From Demequinaceae bacterium (GTDB lineage: Bacteria > Actinomycetota > Actinomycetes > Actinomycetales > Demequinaceae): 32,000 bases of DNA. The stretch covers positions 1,560,001 to 1,592,000 of the forward strand of contig OZ252279.1 in NCBI GenBank assembly GCA_965250005.1. The letters are read 5' to 3'. This document shows positions 8,145 through 17,660 of the stretch, piece by piece (position 1 is the first letter of the stretch; every line of letters begins with the position of its first letter). Made by a program: the position numbers and the translations under genes. The notes under the pieces were generated by a model. The model was not told the origin of the DNA. It searched no databases and saw only the letters and a program-made list of their open reading frames with translations.

Positions 8145-8954
8145 GTGGATGGCAACTTGGCCGCAGTAGCGACATTTGTGGCGCACACGCGCGCCTGGCG
8201 CGCACATAAAATCCGTCGCCCCAGTTTCGCCCCACTGAGCGCCTTTCGCTATGCGCGCGACCTGCACGTCGACATTCCGGTCGGGCTGCTGGTCATCCCG
8301 GGCCGCGAAAAGTACGCTCCGCGCGCCGCACGCGCGTGGCTCGACTGGTTTCCGCGGATTAGTGCGCGAGACCTTCGGGTTGGCGTGGTTGGCGGGGTCA
8401 TTCGCGACGAGACACTCGCAGAGAAAGCTCGAATGGCTACGTTTCTTCCATTCGAGTTCACCGCTGTGGACACCCGACGCAAGGGTGTGGCACGCGCTGC
8501 TGAGCGTGTCGTGACCCCGGACGACGGACCGGGTGGATTGTGGTCCGTGCGTTTCCGGCGAGTACCTGACACGGCGCTCGTCCCTGCTCCAGAGATCCCC
8601 GACGCGATGAGGAATCTTGTGCGCGCGCTCGAGAACGCCAATGCCGTGGCGATCACGGAGAAGTTATTGCAGCAATGGACGCCCTACCTTGATCAGGCTA
8701 TCGCCACGCTTAGGGGCCGTGGTGAGGCTGCCACCTCTGGTGACATTCTGCCTCGCCGGGGTTATTCGGCTGATGCGCACCGGCTGGTAACCGCTGCGAC
8801 CCAAGCTTGGGTGCTCGGCGGAATTATGTCCTGGAACGACCACGAGCCGCGCGGCAAGGAGATTGCCTCCATGTATTATGCCGCGACCGCCGACTTGTAC
8901 GGATGCCTCATCGAGGCCGTAGCCAGCGCCGTCAATAACGGCCTGGATAAGTGA
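8145..8954 (+). CDS. Conserved-looking hypothetical protein (start uncertain)
   Basis: ORF 8070..8954. The first ~25 codons are Arg-rich and look non-coding. GTG 8145 is in frame and preceded by TACGAT (8133-8138) plus 6 nt, matching the leaderless pattern seen elsewhere. The stop overlaps the GTG of the next gene (GTGA at 8951-8954). No family recognised. Confidence 0.5.
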   Translation: MDGNLAAVATFVAHTRAWRAHKIRRPSFAPLSAFRYARDLHVDIPVGLLVIPGREKYAPRAARAWLDWFPRISARDLRVGVVGGVIRDETLAEKARMATFLPFEFTAVDTRRKGVARAAERVVTPDDGPGGLWSVRFRRVPDTALVPAPEIPDAMRNLVRALENANAVAITEKLLQQWTPYLDQAIATLRGRGEAATSGDILPRRGYSADAHRLVTAATQAWVLGGIMSWNDHEPRGKEIASMYYAATADLYGCLIEAVASAVNNGLDK

Positions 8955-9613
8955 CGGGGCCAACGGAGCGTCCTGATCCGCCAATGGTGGGCGCTGAGGA
9001 GGTTGGCGTCGGGCCATGGGACGGGCCGCCTCGGATGGGTGACCACTGGGACACCGAGCTGCTGGCCGAGGGCGACCGGCGCAACGTCGCGGACAGGTAT
9101 CGCTACTGGCTCCACGACGCGATCGTCGCCGATCTCGACGAGCGGCGGCATCCGTTCCACATTGCGATCGAGAACTGGCAGCACGATTTCAACATTGGGT
9201 CAGTGGTCCGAACAGCGAACGCGTTCCTCGCTTGTGAGGTGCACATCATCGGTAACAGACGGTGGAACCGCCGCGGGGCGATGGTGACAGACCGCTATCA
9301 GCACATTCGCCATCATCCGACGGTCGAGGAGTTTGCCAGCTGGGCGGGGGAGGCCAAACTCGCGGTGATCGGGATCGATAACCTCCCGGGCAGCATGCCA
9401 CTCGAAACATTTGAGCTTCCACGTGCCAGCATATTGGTGTTCGGTCAGGAGAGCGTCGGCTTGAGCCTGGCCGTGCGCAACGCTGCCGCGGCGACGCTCG
9501 CCATAGGTCAGTACGGGTCCACTCGCAGTATCAACGCGGGAGCCGCAGCGGCAATCGCGATGCATACCTGGATCCGTCAGCATGGCGATGTCGACGCTGG
9601 TCATGCCGGTTAG
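8951..9613 (+). CDS. TrmH/SpoU family RNA 2'-O-methyltransferase
   Basis: 220 aa. NIGSVVRTANAF..., LVFGQESVGLS and STRSINAGAAAAIAMH are SPOUT methylase motifs. Confidence 0.8.
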   Translation: MTGPTERPDPPMVGAEEVGVGPWDGPPRMGDHWDTELLAEGDRRNVADRYRYWLHDAIVADLDERRHPFHIAIENWQHDFNIGSVVRTANAFLACEVHIIGNRRWNRRGAMVTDRYQHIRHHPTVEEFASWAGEAKLAVIGIDNLPGSMPLETFELPRASILVFGQESVGLSLAVRNAAAATLAIGQYGSTRSINAGAAAAIAMHTWIRQHGDVDAGHAG

Positions 9614-9736
9614 AGTAGCGGGTCAATCGCGCGAGCGGCGACGCTCGTCTCCCAGGGCTTAAGCCCTGCCCTTTGTGTCCTGGGAATCTGACAGAATAGA
9701 CGCTGGACAATCCCGAACCTAAAGCTGGAGTAACCC

Positions 9737-10756
9737 ATGGCGCTCGCCAACCCCGATTCATACAATGCGATGCTTGACGCGGCAAGGGCGGGCGCATACG
9801 CCTTCCCAGCGATCAACATCACATCCTCTTCGACAGTGACCGCAGCCATCCAGGGCTTCGCTGAAGCAGAATCCGACGGCATCATCCAGGTTTCCGTGGG
9901 TGGCGGCGCATACGCGTCCGGCACGACCATCAAAAACTCTGTCGCTGGCTCACTTGCGCTCGCGGCTTACGCCCGTGAGGTTGCAGACTCGTACGGCGTG
10001 ACCGTAGCTATGCACACGGATCACTGCGCGAAGGAATTCGTCGACTCGTGGATGAAGCCTCTCATCGCGGCTTCGACCGAACGCGTCAAGAACGGCCAGG
10101 AGCCCGTTTTCCAGTCACACATGTGGGACGGATCGGCTGTTCCGATGGCGGAGAACCTCGCGATCGCGCAAGAACTGCTCGAACTCTCGCAGGCCGCGAA
10201 GACCATCCTTGAGGTGGAGATCGGTGTTGTCGGCGGCGAAGAAGACGGCGTCGCTGTTGAAATCAATGATGCGCTTTACACCACGGTTGAGGACGGCCTC
10301 GCAACGGTTGAGGCGCTAGGCACTGGCGAAAAGGGCCGTTACCTGACAGCCCTCACGTTCGGAAATGTGCACGGCTCCTATAAGCCCGGGGCGGTCAAGC
10401 TGCGTCCCGAGATCCTCGGTGAGATTCAGGCTGAGGTCGGCAAGAAGGTCGGCAAAGACAAGCCTTTCGACCTCGTATTCCACGGCGGCTCCGGCTCAAC
10501 AGTTGAAGAGATTGCTGCTGCGGTGAGCCACGGTGTTATCAAGATGAATGTCGATACTGACACCCAGTACGCATACACGCGCCCAGTGGTCGAGCACATG
10601 CTGAAGAACTACGATGGTGTCCTCAAGGTTGATGGTGAGGTTGGAAATAAGAAGATGTACGACCCTCGCGCGTGGGGCAAGCTGGCCGAGGCCGGTATGG
10701 CTGCGCGTGTAGTCGAGGCCTGTCAGCAGCTTGGCAGCGCCGGCAAGAAGATTTAG
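9737..10756 (+). CDS. fba: Class II fructose-bisphosphate aldolase
   Basis: 339 aa. YAFPAINITSS..., HTDHC, FGNVHG and HGGSGS are Zn-dependent class II FBA motifs. GGAG is upstream. Confidence 0.95.
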   Translation: MALANPDSYNAMLDAARAGAYAFPAINITSSSTVTAAIQGFAEAESDGIIQVSVGGGAYASGTTIKNSVAGSLALAAYAREVADSYGVTVAMHTDHCAKEFVDSWMKPLIAASTERVKNGQEPVFQSHMWDGSAVPMAENLAIAQELLELSQAAKTILEVEIGVVGGEEDGVAVEINDALYTTVEDGLATVEALGTGEKGRYLTALTFGNVHGSYKPGAVKLRPEILGEIQAEVGKKVGKDKPFDLVFHGGSGSTVEEIAAAVSHGVIKMNVDTDTQYAYTRPVVEHMLKNYDGVLKVDGEVGNKKMYDPRAWGKLAEAGMAARVVEACQQLGSAGKKI

Positions 10757-10771
10757 GTTTCGAACCGTGAG

Positions 10772-10808
10772 GGAAGCCCCCGTGGTTCAACACCGCGGGG
10801 GCTTCCCC
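10772..10808 (+). terminator. Stem-loop terminator downstream of fba
   Basis: Perfect 12-bp inverted repeat, GGGAAGCCCCCG (10772-10783) and CGGGGGCTTCCC (10797-10808), 16 nt after the fba stop. Inner loop bases can extend the stem. No immediate U-tract (GGGGTTTTAG lies about 12 nt later). Confidence 0.6.
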
Positions 10809-10920
10809 ACGTTATCGGGGGTTTTAGTTGAGGCACGACCGCGAACCGCCGATGCAATAGAGGGGACCGAGCCGGTCCCGCCAAGCCCCGGGCTTAGTAC
10901 TCGGGTGAGGGGAGGGCAAA

Positions 10921-12210
10921 ATGCCCGCAGTAGTTCTTGTTGGCGCCCAGTGGGGCGATGAAGGAAAAGGCAAGGCCACGGATGTGCTCGGCTCGCGGGT
11001 CGACTACGTGGTCAAGTTCAACGGCGGAAACAACGCTGGCCACACGGTCGTAGTAGGTGACGAGAAGTACGCTCTGCACCTGCTCCCGTCCGGAATTCTG
11101 ACGCCGGGCGTAACTCCGGTGATCGGCAATGGTGTTGTGGTTGACATCTCGGTGCTTTTCGAGGAGCTCGACGCGCTGAACTCGCGCGGCGTGGATACGT
11201 CAGCGCTGCTTGTGTCGTCCGCCGCCCACATCATCGCGCCCTACTCGCGGACGCTCGACAACGTGACTGAACGCTTCCTCGGCAAGCGCAAGATCGGCAC
11301 GACTGGCCGCGGAATCGGCCCGGCGTACGCAGACAAAATCAACCGCGTTGGTATCCGCATCGGCGACCTGTTCGACGAGCAACTGCTACGCGACAAGGTT
11401 GAGGGCGCGCTTGAGGGTAAGAACCACCTGTTGGTGAAGGTCTACAACCGCCGCGCCATCACGGTGGACGAGACGGTGGAGGAGCTGCTCCAGTTCCGCG
11501 AGCGGCTCGCGCCGATGGTTGCGGACACCGCGCTCGTGCTCAACAAGGCGCTCGACGATGGCAAGACGGTGCTATTCGAGGGCGGTCAGGCCACCATGCT
11601 CGACGTGGACCACGGAACGTACCCGTTTGTGACGTCATCCAATGCGACGGCTGGCGGCGCGTGCACGGGGTCCGGCGTTGGCCCCACGCGCATCGACGGC
11701 GTGATCGGTGTGGTGAAGGCATACGCGACGCGCGTGGGCGAGGGACCCATGCCAACTGAACTTTTCGATGAGGACGGCGAGAAGTTGCAGAAGATCGGCC
11801 ACGAGGTTGGTGTGACTACCGGGCGTTCTCGCCGCTGTGGCTGGTACGACGCGGTCATTGCACGCTACTCAGCGCGCATCAATGGACTTACGGATTTCGT
11901 CCTCACCAAGCTTGACGTGCTGACCGGGTGGGAAAAGATACCTGTGTGCGTCGCGTACGACGTTGACGGCGTGCGTCACGAGGACCTGCCGCTGGACCAG
12001 GCTGCGTTCGCCGCTGCCACCCCCATCTACGAAGAACTCGACGGCTGGACCGAGGACGTCACCGGTGCTCGGACATTCGAGGACCTTCCAGAGAACGCGC
12101 AGAAGTACGTTCTCGCTCTGGAGGCGATGTCCGGTTGCCGCATGAGCGCGATTGGCGTTGGCCCTGACCGCGACCAGATCATCGTTCGCCACGACCTGCT
12201 GCCGGCGTAA
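10921..12210 (+). CDS. purA: Adenylosuccinate synthase
   Basis: 429 aa. [18 protein letters not shown]-loop, GGNNAGHT and [10 protein letters not shown]. Confidence 0.95.
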   Translation: MPAVVLVGAQWGDEGKGKATDVLGSRVDYVVKFNGGNNAGHTVVVGDEKYALHLLPSGILTPGVTPVIGNGVVVDISVLFEELDALNSRGVDTSALLVSSAAHIIAPYSRTLDNVTERFLGKRKIGTTGRGIGPAYADKINRVGIRIGDLFDEQLLRDKVEGALEGKNHLLVKVYNRRAITVDETVEELLQFRERLAPMVADTALVLNKALDDGKTVLFEGGQATMLDVDHGTYPFVTSSNATAGGACTGSGVGPTRIDGVIGVVKAYATRVGEGPMPTELFDEDGEKLQKIGHEVGVTTGRSRRCGWYDAVIARYSARINGLTDFVLTKLDVLTGWEKIPVCVAYDVDGVRHEDLPLDQAAFAAATPIYEELDGWTEDVTGARTFEDLPENAQKYVLALEAMSGCRMSAIGVGPDRDQIIVRHDLLPA

Positions 12211-12279
12211 TCTGCAACGGACCGGCCGTGCAGAGGGAGTGCTTCGAGCGGCTTCGGTGTCCGGGATAGACTGACAGAC

Positions 12280-13548
12280 GTGAAGATTCTCGTAGTGGGC
12301 ACGGGAGCCCGCGAGCATGCGCTCGCCCGTTCCCTGCACCTTGACCTTGCGGTGTCAGAGGTCCATGTCGCCCCAGGCAATCCAGGCATAGGCCAGATCG
12401 CGACGCTTCACGCTGTAGACCAAATGGACCCCGGCGCAGTCGCAGAACTTGCGGCAAAACTCGACGTGGATCTTGTAGTCGTGGGTCCCGAAGCACCACT
12501 TGTTGCCGGTGTGGCGGACGCCGTTCGCGCGGCCGGGATCGCTTGCTTCGGTCCGTCGAAAGAGGCGGCGATGCTCGAGGGTTCCAAGACATTCGCCAAG
12601 GACGTCATGAATGCGGCGGGCGTTCCGACCGCTGGCGCGCGCGTGTGCGTCACGGGAGGCGAGGTCGCCGCCGCGCTCGACGAATTCGGTATCCCTCATG
12701 TAGTCAAGGACGACGGCTTGGCGGCAGGCAAGGGTGTTGTTGTCACGGTCGATAGGGAACAGGCGCTACTTCACGGCGACGCCATCCTCGCGGCCGGCGG
12801 GACGGTCGTGGTGGAGGAGTTCCTCGAAGGCCCTGAGGTCTCGCTGTTCTGTATCTGTGATGGCACATCGGTAGTCCCACTAGAGCCTGCCCAGGATTTC
12901 AAGCGCGCACATGATGGAGACGAGGGACTCAACACTGGCGGTATGGGCGCCTACAGCCCGCTGCCGTGGGCACCCTCCACGCTCGTGTCCGACGTGATGC
13001 GGCTCGTTGCCGAGCCAACTATTGCCCAGATGGCGAAGCGTGGCACGCCGTTCGCCGGCGTACTCTACTGCGGGCTGGTGCTGACGGACGCGGGGATCAA
13101 GGTCATCGAGTTCAACGCGCGCTTTGGCGACCCGGAGACGCAGTCGGTTCTCGCGCGGCTTGAGACACCGCTTGGCGGCGTGCTGCATGCCGCCGCAGAA
13201 GGCCGCCTCGCCGCCGAGCCCAAACTACGGTGGCGTACAGACGCGGCGGTGACCGTCGTGATCTCGGCCTATGGATACCCTACAAACGCGCGAACCGGCG
13301 ACGCAATTGTTGGAATCGACGAGGCGGAGGCAGATGCCTCGGTGCACGTTCTGCACGCGGGAACCGCCACCGCAGATGATGGATCGCTCGTGTCCGCTGG
13401 CGGCCGAGTGCTCTCGGTCGTTGCCGTGGGCCACGACCTCAAAGTGGCGCGCGATCGCGCCTACGTGGGAATCGACAAGATCGAGCTCGCCGACTCCCAT
13501 CACCGCATGGACATTGCGTTGGCTGCGGCCAACATGGCAACGAACTGA
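12280..13548 (+). CDS. purD: Phosphoribosylamine--glycine ligase
   Basis: 422 aa, GTG start. MKILVVGTGAREHALA, ATP-grasp core, EFNARFGDPETQ. Confidence 0.95.
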   Translation: MKILVVGTGAREHALARSLHLDLAVSEVHVAPGNPGIGQIATLHAVDQMDPGAVAELAAKLDVDLVVVGPEAPLVAGVADAVRAAGIACFGPSKEAAMLEGSKTFAKDVMNAAGVPTAGARVCVTGGEVAAALDEFGIPHVVKDDGLAAGKGVVVTVDREQALLHGDAILAAGGTVVVEEFLEGPEVSLFCICDGTSVVPLEPAQDFKRAHDGDEGLNTGGMGAYSPLPWAPSTLVSDVMRLVAEPTIAQMAKRGTPFAGVLYCGLVLTDAGIKVIEFNARFGDPETQSVLARLETPLGGVLHAAAEGRLAAEPKLRWRTDAAVTVVISAYGYPTNARTGDAIVGIDEAEADASVHVLHAGTATADDGSLVSAGGRVLSVVAVGHDLKVARDRAYVGIDKIELADSHHRMDIALAAANMATN

Positions 13549-13564
13549 CGGCAGCTCGCTGACC

Positions 13565-14458
13565 GTGGCCCCGATCTCGCTCCCTGATCCCATCAAAGTT
13601 CCTGGCTGGCGGCACATCTACTCTGGCAAGGTGCGGGACCTATACGAGCCCGTGGAGCCTCACCCACGCGGTGACGTCCTCCTGGTGGTCGCCTCCGACC
13701 GCGTCAGCGCCTACGACTACGTGCTCTCCACCGAGATCCCCGGCAAGGGCGAGGTTCTGACCGCGCTTACGCTTTGGTGGTTTGACCAAATCCGGGACAT
13801 CATCACCGACCACACCGTCGAGGCGCCCGTTCCCCTTGAGGTGGCCGGCCGGGCGATGGTCGTGAAGCGGCTGACCATGTTCCCAGTGGAGTGTGTGGCC
13901 CGCGGATACCTGGCGGGGTCCGGGCTCGCAGAGTATCGCGAGTCGGGCTCCGTCTGCGGGATCACACTGCCAGCGGGGCTTCTCGACGGATCACGTCTCG
14001 AGGTTCCAGTTTTCACGCCAACCACCAAAGCCGAGTTGGGTGACCACGATGAGGCGGTGACCTTCGATGCCGTGGTTCAGACGGTGGGCAAGGCCGACGC
14101 CGTCGAGCTTCGTGAGCTCACCCTTGCCGTGTACGCACGTGCGCACCAGGTTGCCGCGGGGCGCGGCATCATACTCGCGGACACCAAGTTTGAGTTCGGG
14201 CGTGACGACTCCGGCGCGATGGTGCTCGGCGATGAAGCACTCACCCCTGACTCGTCGCGCTTCTGGCCGGCGGACGGATGGGAGCCCGGGCACGCGCAGC
14301 CGTCGTTCGACAAGCAATTCGTTCGCGACTGGCTGGTCTCTCCCGCGGCGGGCTGGGACCGTGCCTCTGGCGAGCCGCCGCCGCCATTGCCCCAGGATGT
14401 CGTGGAGAAGACCCGCGCTCGCTACGTCGAGGCGTATGACCGGCTCACGCAGGGCTGA
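13565..14458 (+). CDS. purC: Phosphoribosylaminoimidazole-succinocarboxamide synthase (SAICAR synthase)
   Basis: ORF 13271..14458, but its first ~98 codons overlap purD in another frame. The first plausible start after the purD stop is GTG 13565 (giving 297 aa). YSGKVRDLY, VASDRVSAYD and ILADTKFEFG motifs. Start is uncertain by a few codons. Confidence 0.9.
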   Translation: MAPISLPDPIKVPGWRHIYSGKVRDLYEPVEPHPRGDVLLVVASDRVSAYDYVLSTEIPGKGEVLTALTLWWFDQIRDIITDHTVEAPVPLEVAGRAMVVKRLTMFPVECVARGYLAGSGLAEYRESGSVCGITLPAGLLDGSRLEVPVFTPTTKAELGDHDEAVTFDAVVQTVGKADAVELRELTLAVYARAHQVAAGRGIILADTKFEFGRDDSGAMVLGDEALTPDSSRFWPADGWEPGHAQPSFDKQFVRDWLVSPAAGWDRASGEPPPPLPQDVVEKTRARYVEAYDRLTQG

Positions 14459-14577
14459 TCTGACAGCATGCGCGGGCGCGCTCTACCAGCGGCACTTGCG
14501 CGCCTCGCCGGCGCTGTGGTTGCGGTTCGACGGCGAGGTTGCTGGAATCTGGCCCGCGTGAGGATTACCGTCAAGGC

Positions 14578-15315
14578 ATGATCACCGTTGGCGTCGACCT
14601 TGCGTCTCAGTCCGCAAATACTGCGCTCGCGGTGGTGGACTGGTCGCTCGCCGCGCCGCGGGCGGTGCGGGTCGAGGTAGGAGTGGACGACGAGCTAATC
14701 GTGGAATCCGCCCGCGAGGCAAACATGGTCGCGATTGCGTCGCCGTTCAGTTGGCCGGACGCGTTCTTCGAGTTCATCAAGGCGCACCGTGAGGGTCAGA
14801 TTGCCGACCCGCGCCAGGTCGCCACATCGAGCGGGCGCGACCACATCATGTACCGACTCACCGAGCGGCGGGTGCGCGAGTTCCTCGGCGTGAAGTTCAT
14901 CCCGGTCACCGCGAACATGCAGGCAGCGACGGCACTGCGCTGCGCCGGACTGCTCGCGCGGCTTCGCGAGGAACGGCACAACGTTGGTCGCGACGGCCTG
15001 GGCAATATCGTCGAGGTACACCCGCCGGCGAGTTTGCAATCGTGGGGTTTGGCCGAGACAGGCTACAAGACGAAGTCCGTGGCCCGCACCAAAATACTCG
15101 AGCAGATCGCGCGACGGGTCCCGCTGGATTTGGGTGAGTTCCGGTCTCTGTGTGCCGACAACGATGACGCGCTCGACGCGCTGGTCGCAGCGCTGACAGG
15201 CAGGGCAGTCGCCATGGGCAACTGGGTCAAACCCGGGACCGAAGAAGAAGTGGAGCACGCCCGCACCGAGGGCTGGATCTGCCTGCCGAGCGGCACTGTC
15301 GAAGTCCTGCGCTAG
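14578..15315 (+). CDS. DUF429-like protein (predicted RNase H-fold) inserted in the pur cluster
   Basis: ORF 14539..15315; ATG 14578 preferred (MITVGVDLAS...). N-terminal GVDLA, EVHPPASL...YK, and DDALDALVAALTG resemble what I recall of DUF429; not searched. Confidence 0.6.
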   Translation: MITVGVDLASQSANTALAVVDWSLAAPRAVRVEVGVDDELIVESAREANMVAIASPFSWPDAFFEFIKAHREGQIADPRQVATSSGRDHIMYRLTERRVREFLGVKFIPVTANMQAATALRCAGLLARLREERHNVGRDGLGNIVEVHPPASLQSWGLAETGYKTKSVARTKILEQIARRVPLDLGEFRSLCADNDDALDALVAALTGRAVAMGNWVKPGTEEEVEHARTEGWICLPSGTVEVLR

Positions 15316-15391
15316 GGCAGCATTCGCACGATCCCGGTGTCCCCGCGTGGGCCATCATTGGCTGCTCCTAGAGCACCGGTACACTTTTCGC

Positions 15392-15643
15392 ATGCCCAAG
15401 ATCGTCGTTCATGTCATGCCCAAGCCCGAGATCCTCGACCCGCAGGGCAAGGCGGTGGGAGCGGCGCTTCCCCGTCTCGGCTTCGACGGCTTCGCTGGAG
15501 CCCGCCAGGGTAAGCGCTTCGAGCTCACGGTGAACGGCGACGTCACCGACGAGGTTCTCGCCCAAGCGCGTGAGGCGGCCCAAACGCTGCTGAGCAACCC
15601 GGTGATCGAGGACGTCATCTCTGTTGAGGTGGAGGCGGAGTGA
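15392..15643 (+). CDS. purS: Phosphoribosylformylglycinamidine synthase subunit PurS
   Basis: ORF 15347..15643. ATG 15392 gives an 83-aa protein, [22 protein letters not shown]..., typical of PurS. TACACT (15380-15385) lies 6 nt upstream. Confidence 0.9.
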   Translation: MPKIVVHVMPKPEILDPQGKAVGAALPRLGFDGFAGARQGKRFELTVNGDVTDEVLAQAREAAQTLLSNPVIEDVISVEVEAE

Positions 15644-16347
15644 CCGCCCCTCGCATTGGAGTCGTCACGTTTCCGGGGACTCTAGACGACTTCGACGCGC
15701 TCAGGGCCGTCCGTCTTGCGGGCGCCGAGGGTGTCCCACTGTTTCACAGCGAGCCAGACCTCAAAGACGTGGATGCAGTGGTCCTTCCCGGCGGATTCAG
15801 CTACGGCGACTACCTGCGCGCGGGCGCCATCTCGCGCTTCGCGCCCATCATGGAAATGGTTGTGGACGCCGCCAAAGGCGGCATGCCGGTGCTGGGAATC
15901 TGCAACGGCTTCCAGGTTCTAACTGAGGTGCACCTGCTCCCCGGTTCCATGATCAAGAATGAGCACCTGCACTTCATCTGCCGCGACCAGACGCTCTCCG
16001 TCGAAAACGCGCAGACGGCGTGGACAGGGGACTACTCGCAGGGCGACCGCATTGTCGTCCCGCTGAAGAACCAAGACGGCCAGTACGTCGCGGACGCGAA
16101 GACGCTCGACGCTCTTGAGGCCGAGGGGCGCGTGGTGTTCAAATACCAAGGCTGGAACCCCAACGGGTCGCGCAGCGACATCGCGGGAATCACCAACGAG
16201 CGCGGCAACGTCGTTGGCCTCATGCCTCACCCCGAGCATGCGGTGGAGCCCGGCTTTGGCCCTGATTCGGCCGACGCCGGGCGCGCCGGTACCGATGGGC
16301 TGGGGTTCTTCACCTCGGTGATGGGGTCGCTACTCGCGCGGGCGTAG
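15640..16347 (+). CDS. purQ: Phosphoribosylformylglycinamidine synthase subunit PurQ (glutaminase)
   Basis: 235 aa. GTGA overlap with the purS stop. [10 protein letters not shown], the GICNGFQ nucleophile Cys, and MPHPE. Confidence 0.95.
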   Translation: MTAPRIGVVTFPGTLDDFDALRAVRLAGAEGVPLFHSEPDLKDVDAVVLPGGFSYGDYLRAGAISRFAPIMEMVVDAAKGGMPVLGICNGFQVLTEVHLLPGSMIKNEHLHFICRDQTLSVENAQTAWTGDYSQGDRIVVPLKNQDGQYVADAKTLDALEAEGRVVFKYQGWNPNGSRSDIAGITNERGNVVGLMPHPEHAVEPGFGPDSADAGRAGTDGLGFFTSVMGSLLARA

Positions 16348-16349
16348 CC

Positions 16350-16481
16350 GTGACTGACATCGCGCCGCCGATCATCGCGAGTACACCCGGCTACATCTCG
16401 GACGAGTTGCGGCGCCTGCTGCCCCCGTTCTACGACCCGAAGCCCACCATGGAGCGCTACGAGCGCGCTTACCCCGCGTAG
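16350..16481 (+). CDS. Candidate small ORF (43 aa) immediately after purQ
   Basis: Own translation from GTG 16350: VTDIAPPIIASTPGYISDELRRLLPPFYDPKPTMERYERAYPA. It starts 2 nt after the purQ stop. Third-position G+C is very high (about 37 of 42 codons by hand count), as in genuine genes here. No homolog recognised. Confidence 0.3.
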   Translation: MTDIAPPIIASTPGYISDELRRLLPPFYDPKPTMERYERAYPA

Positions 16482-16495
16482 TACTGACGTGGCGG

Positions 16496-17539
16496 CTAGT
16501 CGCCGAGCGCAGGCTTGATGTCGCGTGCGATCGCCTCAAACGTGGTGCGGTTCACGTCGAGGCCGAGCTGACTGGGGATCGTCACAAGGACGGTGTCTGC
16601 TGCCATCACGCCCTCATCTTGGAGAAGCTCGGCAACAATCTTGTCCGGCTCACCAACGTATGTCTTGCCGAACGTCGCACGCGCGTTGTCGATGATGCCG
16701 ATCTGGTCTTGGTTGCCGCCTATCGCGTCCTGCGCAGCTACGCCGGAGAAGTAGGTCTTTGTGACATCGTCGACGATCGGCATGATGGAGCGTGAAATCG
16801 AGATCCGGGGCGTCCCTTCGTGGCCGGCTTCCTTCCAAGCGGCCCGGTAGTCCTCGAACTGTTGGGCCTGCACGGTGCCCAGCGGATCGCCGGTGGCGTC
16901 GAGGATGAGCGTCGAGGACATGAGGTTCATTCCGAGCGCTCCGACGATTTTGGCGCTGTCGATGCTCCCGGCGCCGTACCAGATTCGGTCGCTCAAGCCT
17001 GGAGAGTGCGGCTGGATGGGCAGGAGCCCATCTACCAGGTGGGGCATGTGCCCGTACGGGGCTTCGTGGGGCTCCGCGACGCCCTTGCCAGCGATCGCGT
17101 CACGGAAGATGGCGATGCGCTCGGCCGCGTCGATCACGGGCAGCTTGTCCTCAGGGAGCGGGTAGCCGAACGTGCCGGGGCCGTCGGCGACGACCTCGGG
17201 ACTGCCGCGGCTGACGCCTAGCTGTAGGCGCCCCTCAGAAACGAGGTCTGCGGTCGCGGCAAGCTCCGCCATGTAGAGCGGGTTTTCGTAACGCATGTTG
17301 ATGACGCCAGTGCCGAGCTCAATGCGCGACGTCGCCTGCCCCATCGCCGCGAGCAGCGCGAACGGGGAGCTGAGGTTCTGCTCAAAGTGGTGAACGCGAA
17401 TCCACGCGCCGTCTAGCCCGGACTCCTCCGCGGCTACGGCGAGGTCCACGTGACCGCGAATTGATTCGCCGGCGTCTCGGTGCTGCGAGCCCTGGCCCTT
17501 GCTCCAATGCCCAAAGGACAGAAATCCAAACTTCTTCAT
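16496..17539 (-). CDS. LLM-class (luciferase-like) flavin-dependent oxidoreductase
   Basis: 347 aa. MKKFGFLSFGHW...VHHF...RLQLGVSRGSP are typical luciferase-like monooxygenase family features. GAGGAG is upstream. Confidence 0.85.
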   Translation of the reverse strand: MKKFGFLSFGHWSKGQGSQHRDAGESIRGHVDLAVAAEESGLDGAWIRVHHFEQNLSSPFALLAAMGQATSRIELGTGVINMRYENPLYMAELAATADLVSEGRLQLGVSRGSPEVVADGPGTFGYPLPEDKLPVIDAAERIAIFRDAIAGKGVAEPHEAPYGHMPHLVDGLLPIQPHSPGLSDRIWYGAGSIDSAKIVGALGMNLMSSTLILDATGDPLGTVQAQQFEDYRAAWKEAGHEGTPRISISRSIMPIVDDVTKTYFSGVAAQDAIGGNQDQIGIIDNARATFGKTYVGEPDKIVAELLQDEGVMAADTVLVTIPSQLGLDVNRTTFEAIARDIKPALGD

Positions 17540-17660
17540 GACGCTCCTCGTGCGGTGAGGGGCCGCGCCGGGAGGCGGGCCCGCGCTGGCACTACTGACA
17601 ACGTACGCGCGTGGTCGCTACATTCCGCACAGGCGCACACGGCGGCGATAGCCTGGCGGC

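Noticed and set aside
7342-8235. 297-aa minus-strand ORF overlapping dedA
   Set aside because: It is in a different frame from the clearly recognisable DedA protein. The translation is Arg/His-rich low complexity.
13271-13564. Upstream extension of the purC ORF
   Set aside because: It overlaps the purD 3' end in another frame. PurC homology begins only near YSGKVRDLY.
16347-16496. Absence of purL after purQ as a possible deletion or rearrangement
   Set aside because: As far as I recall, purL is often unlinked from purS-purQ in actinobacteria. There is no purL fragment or scar here, so this is probably the native arrangement.
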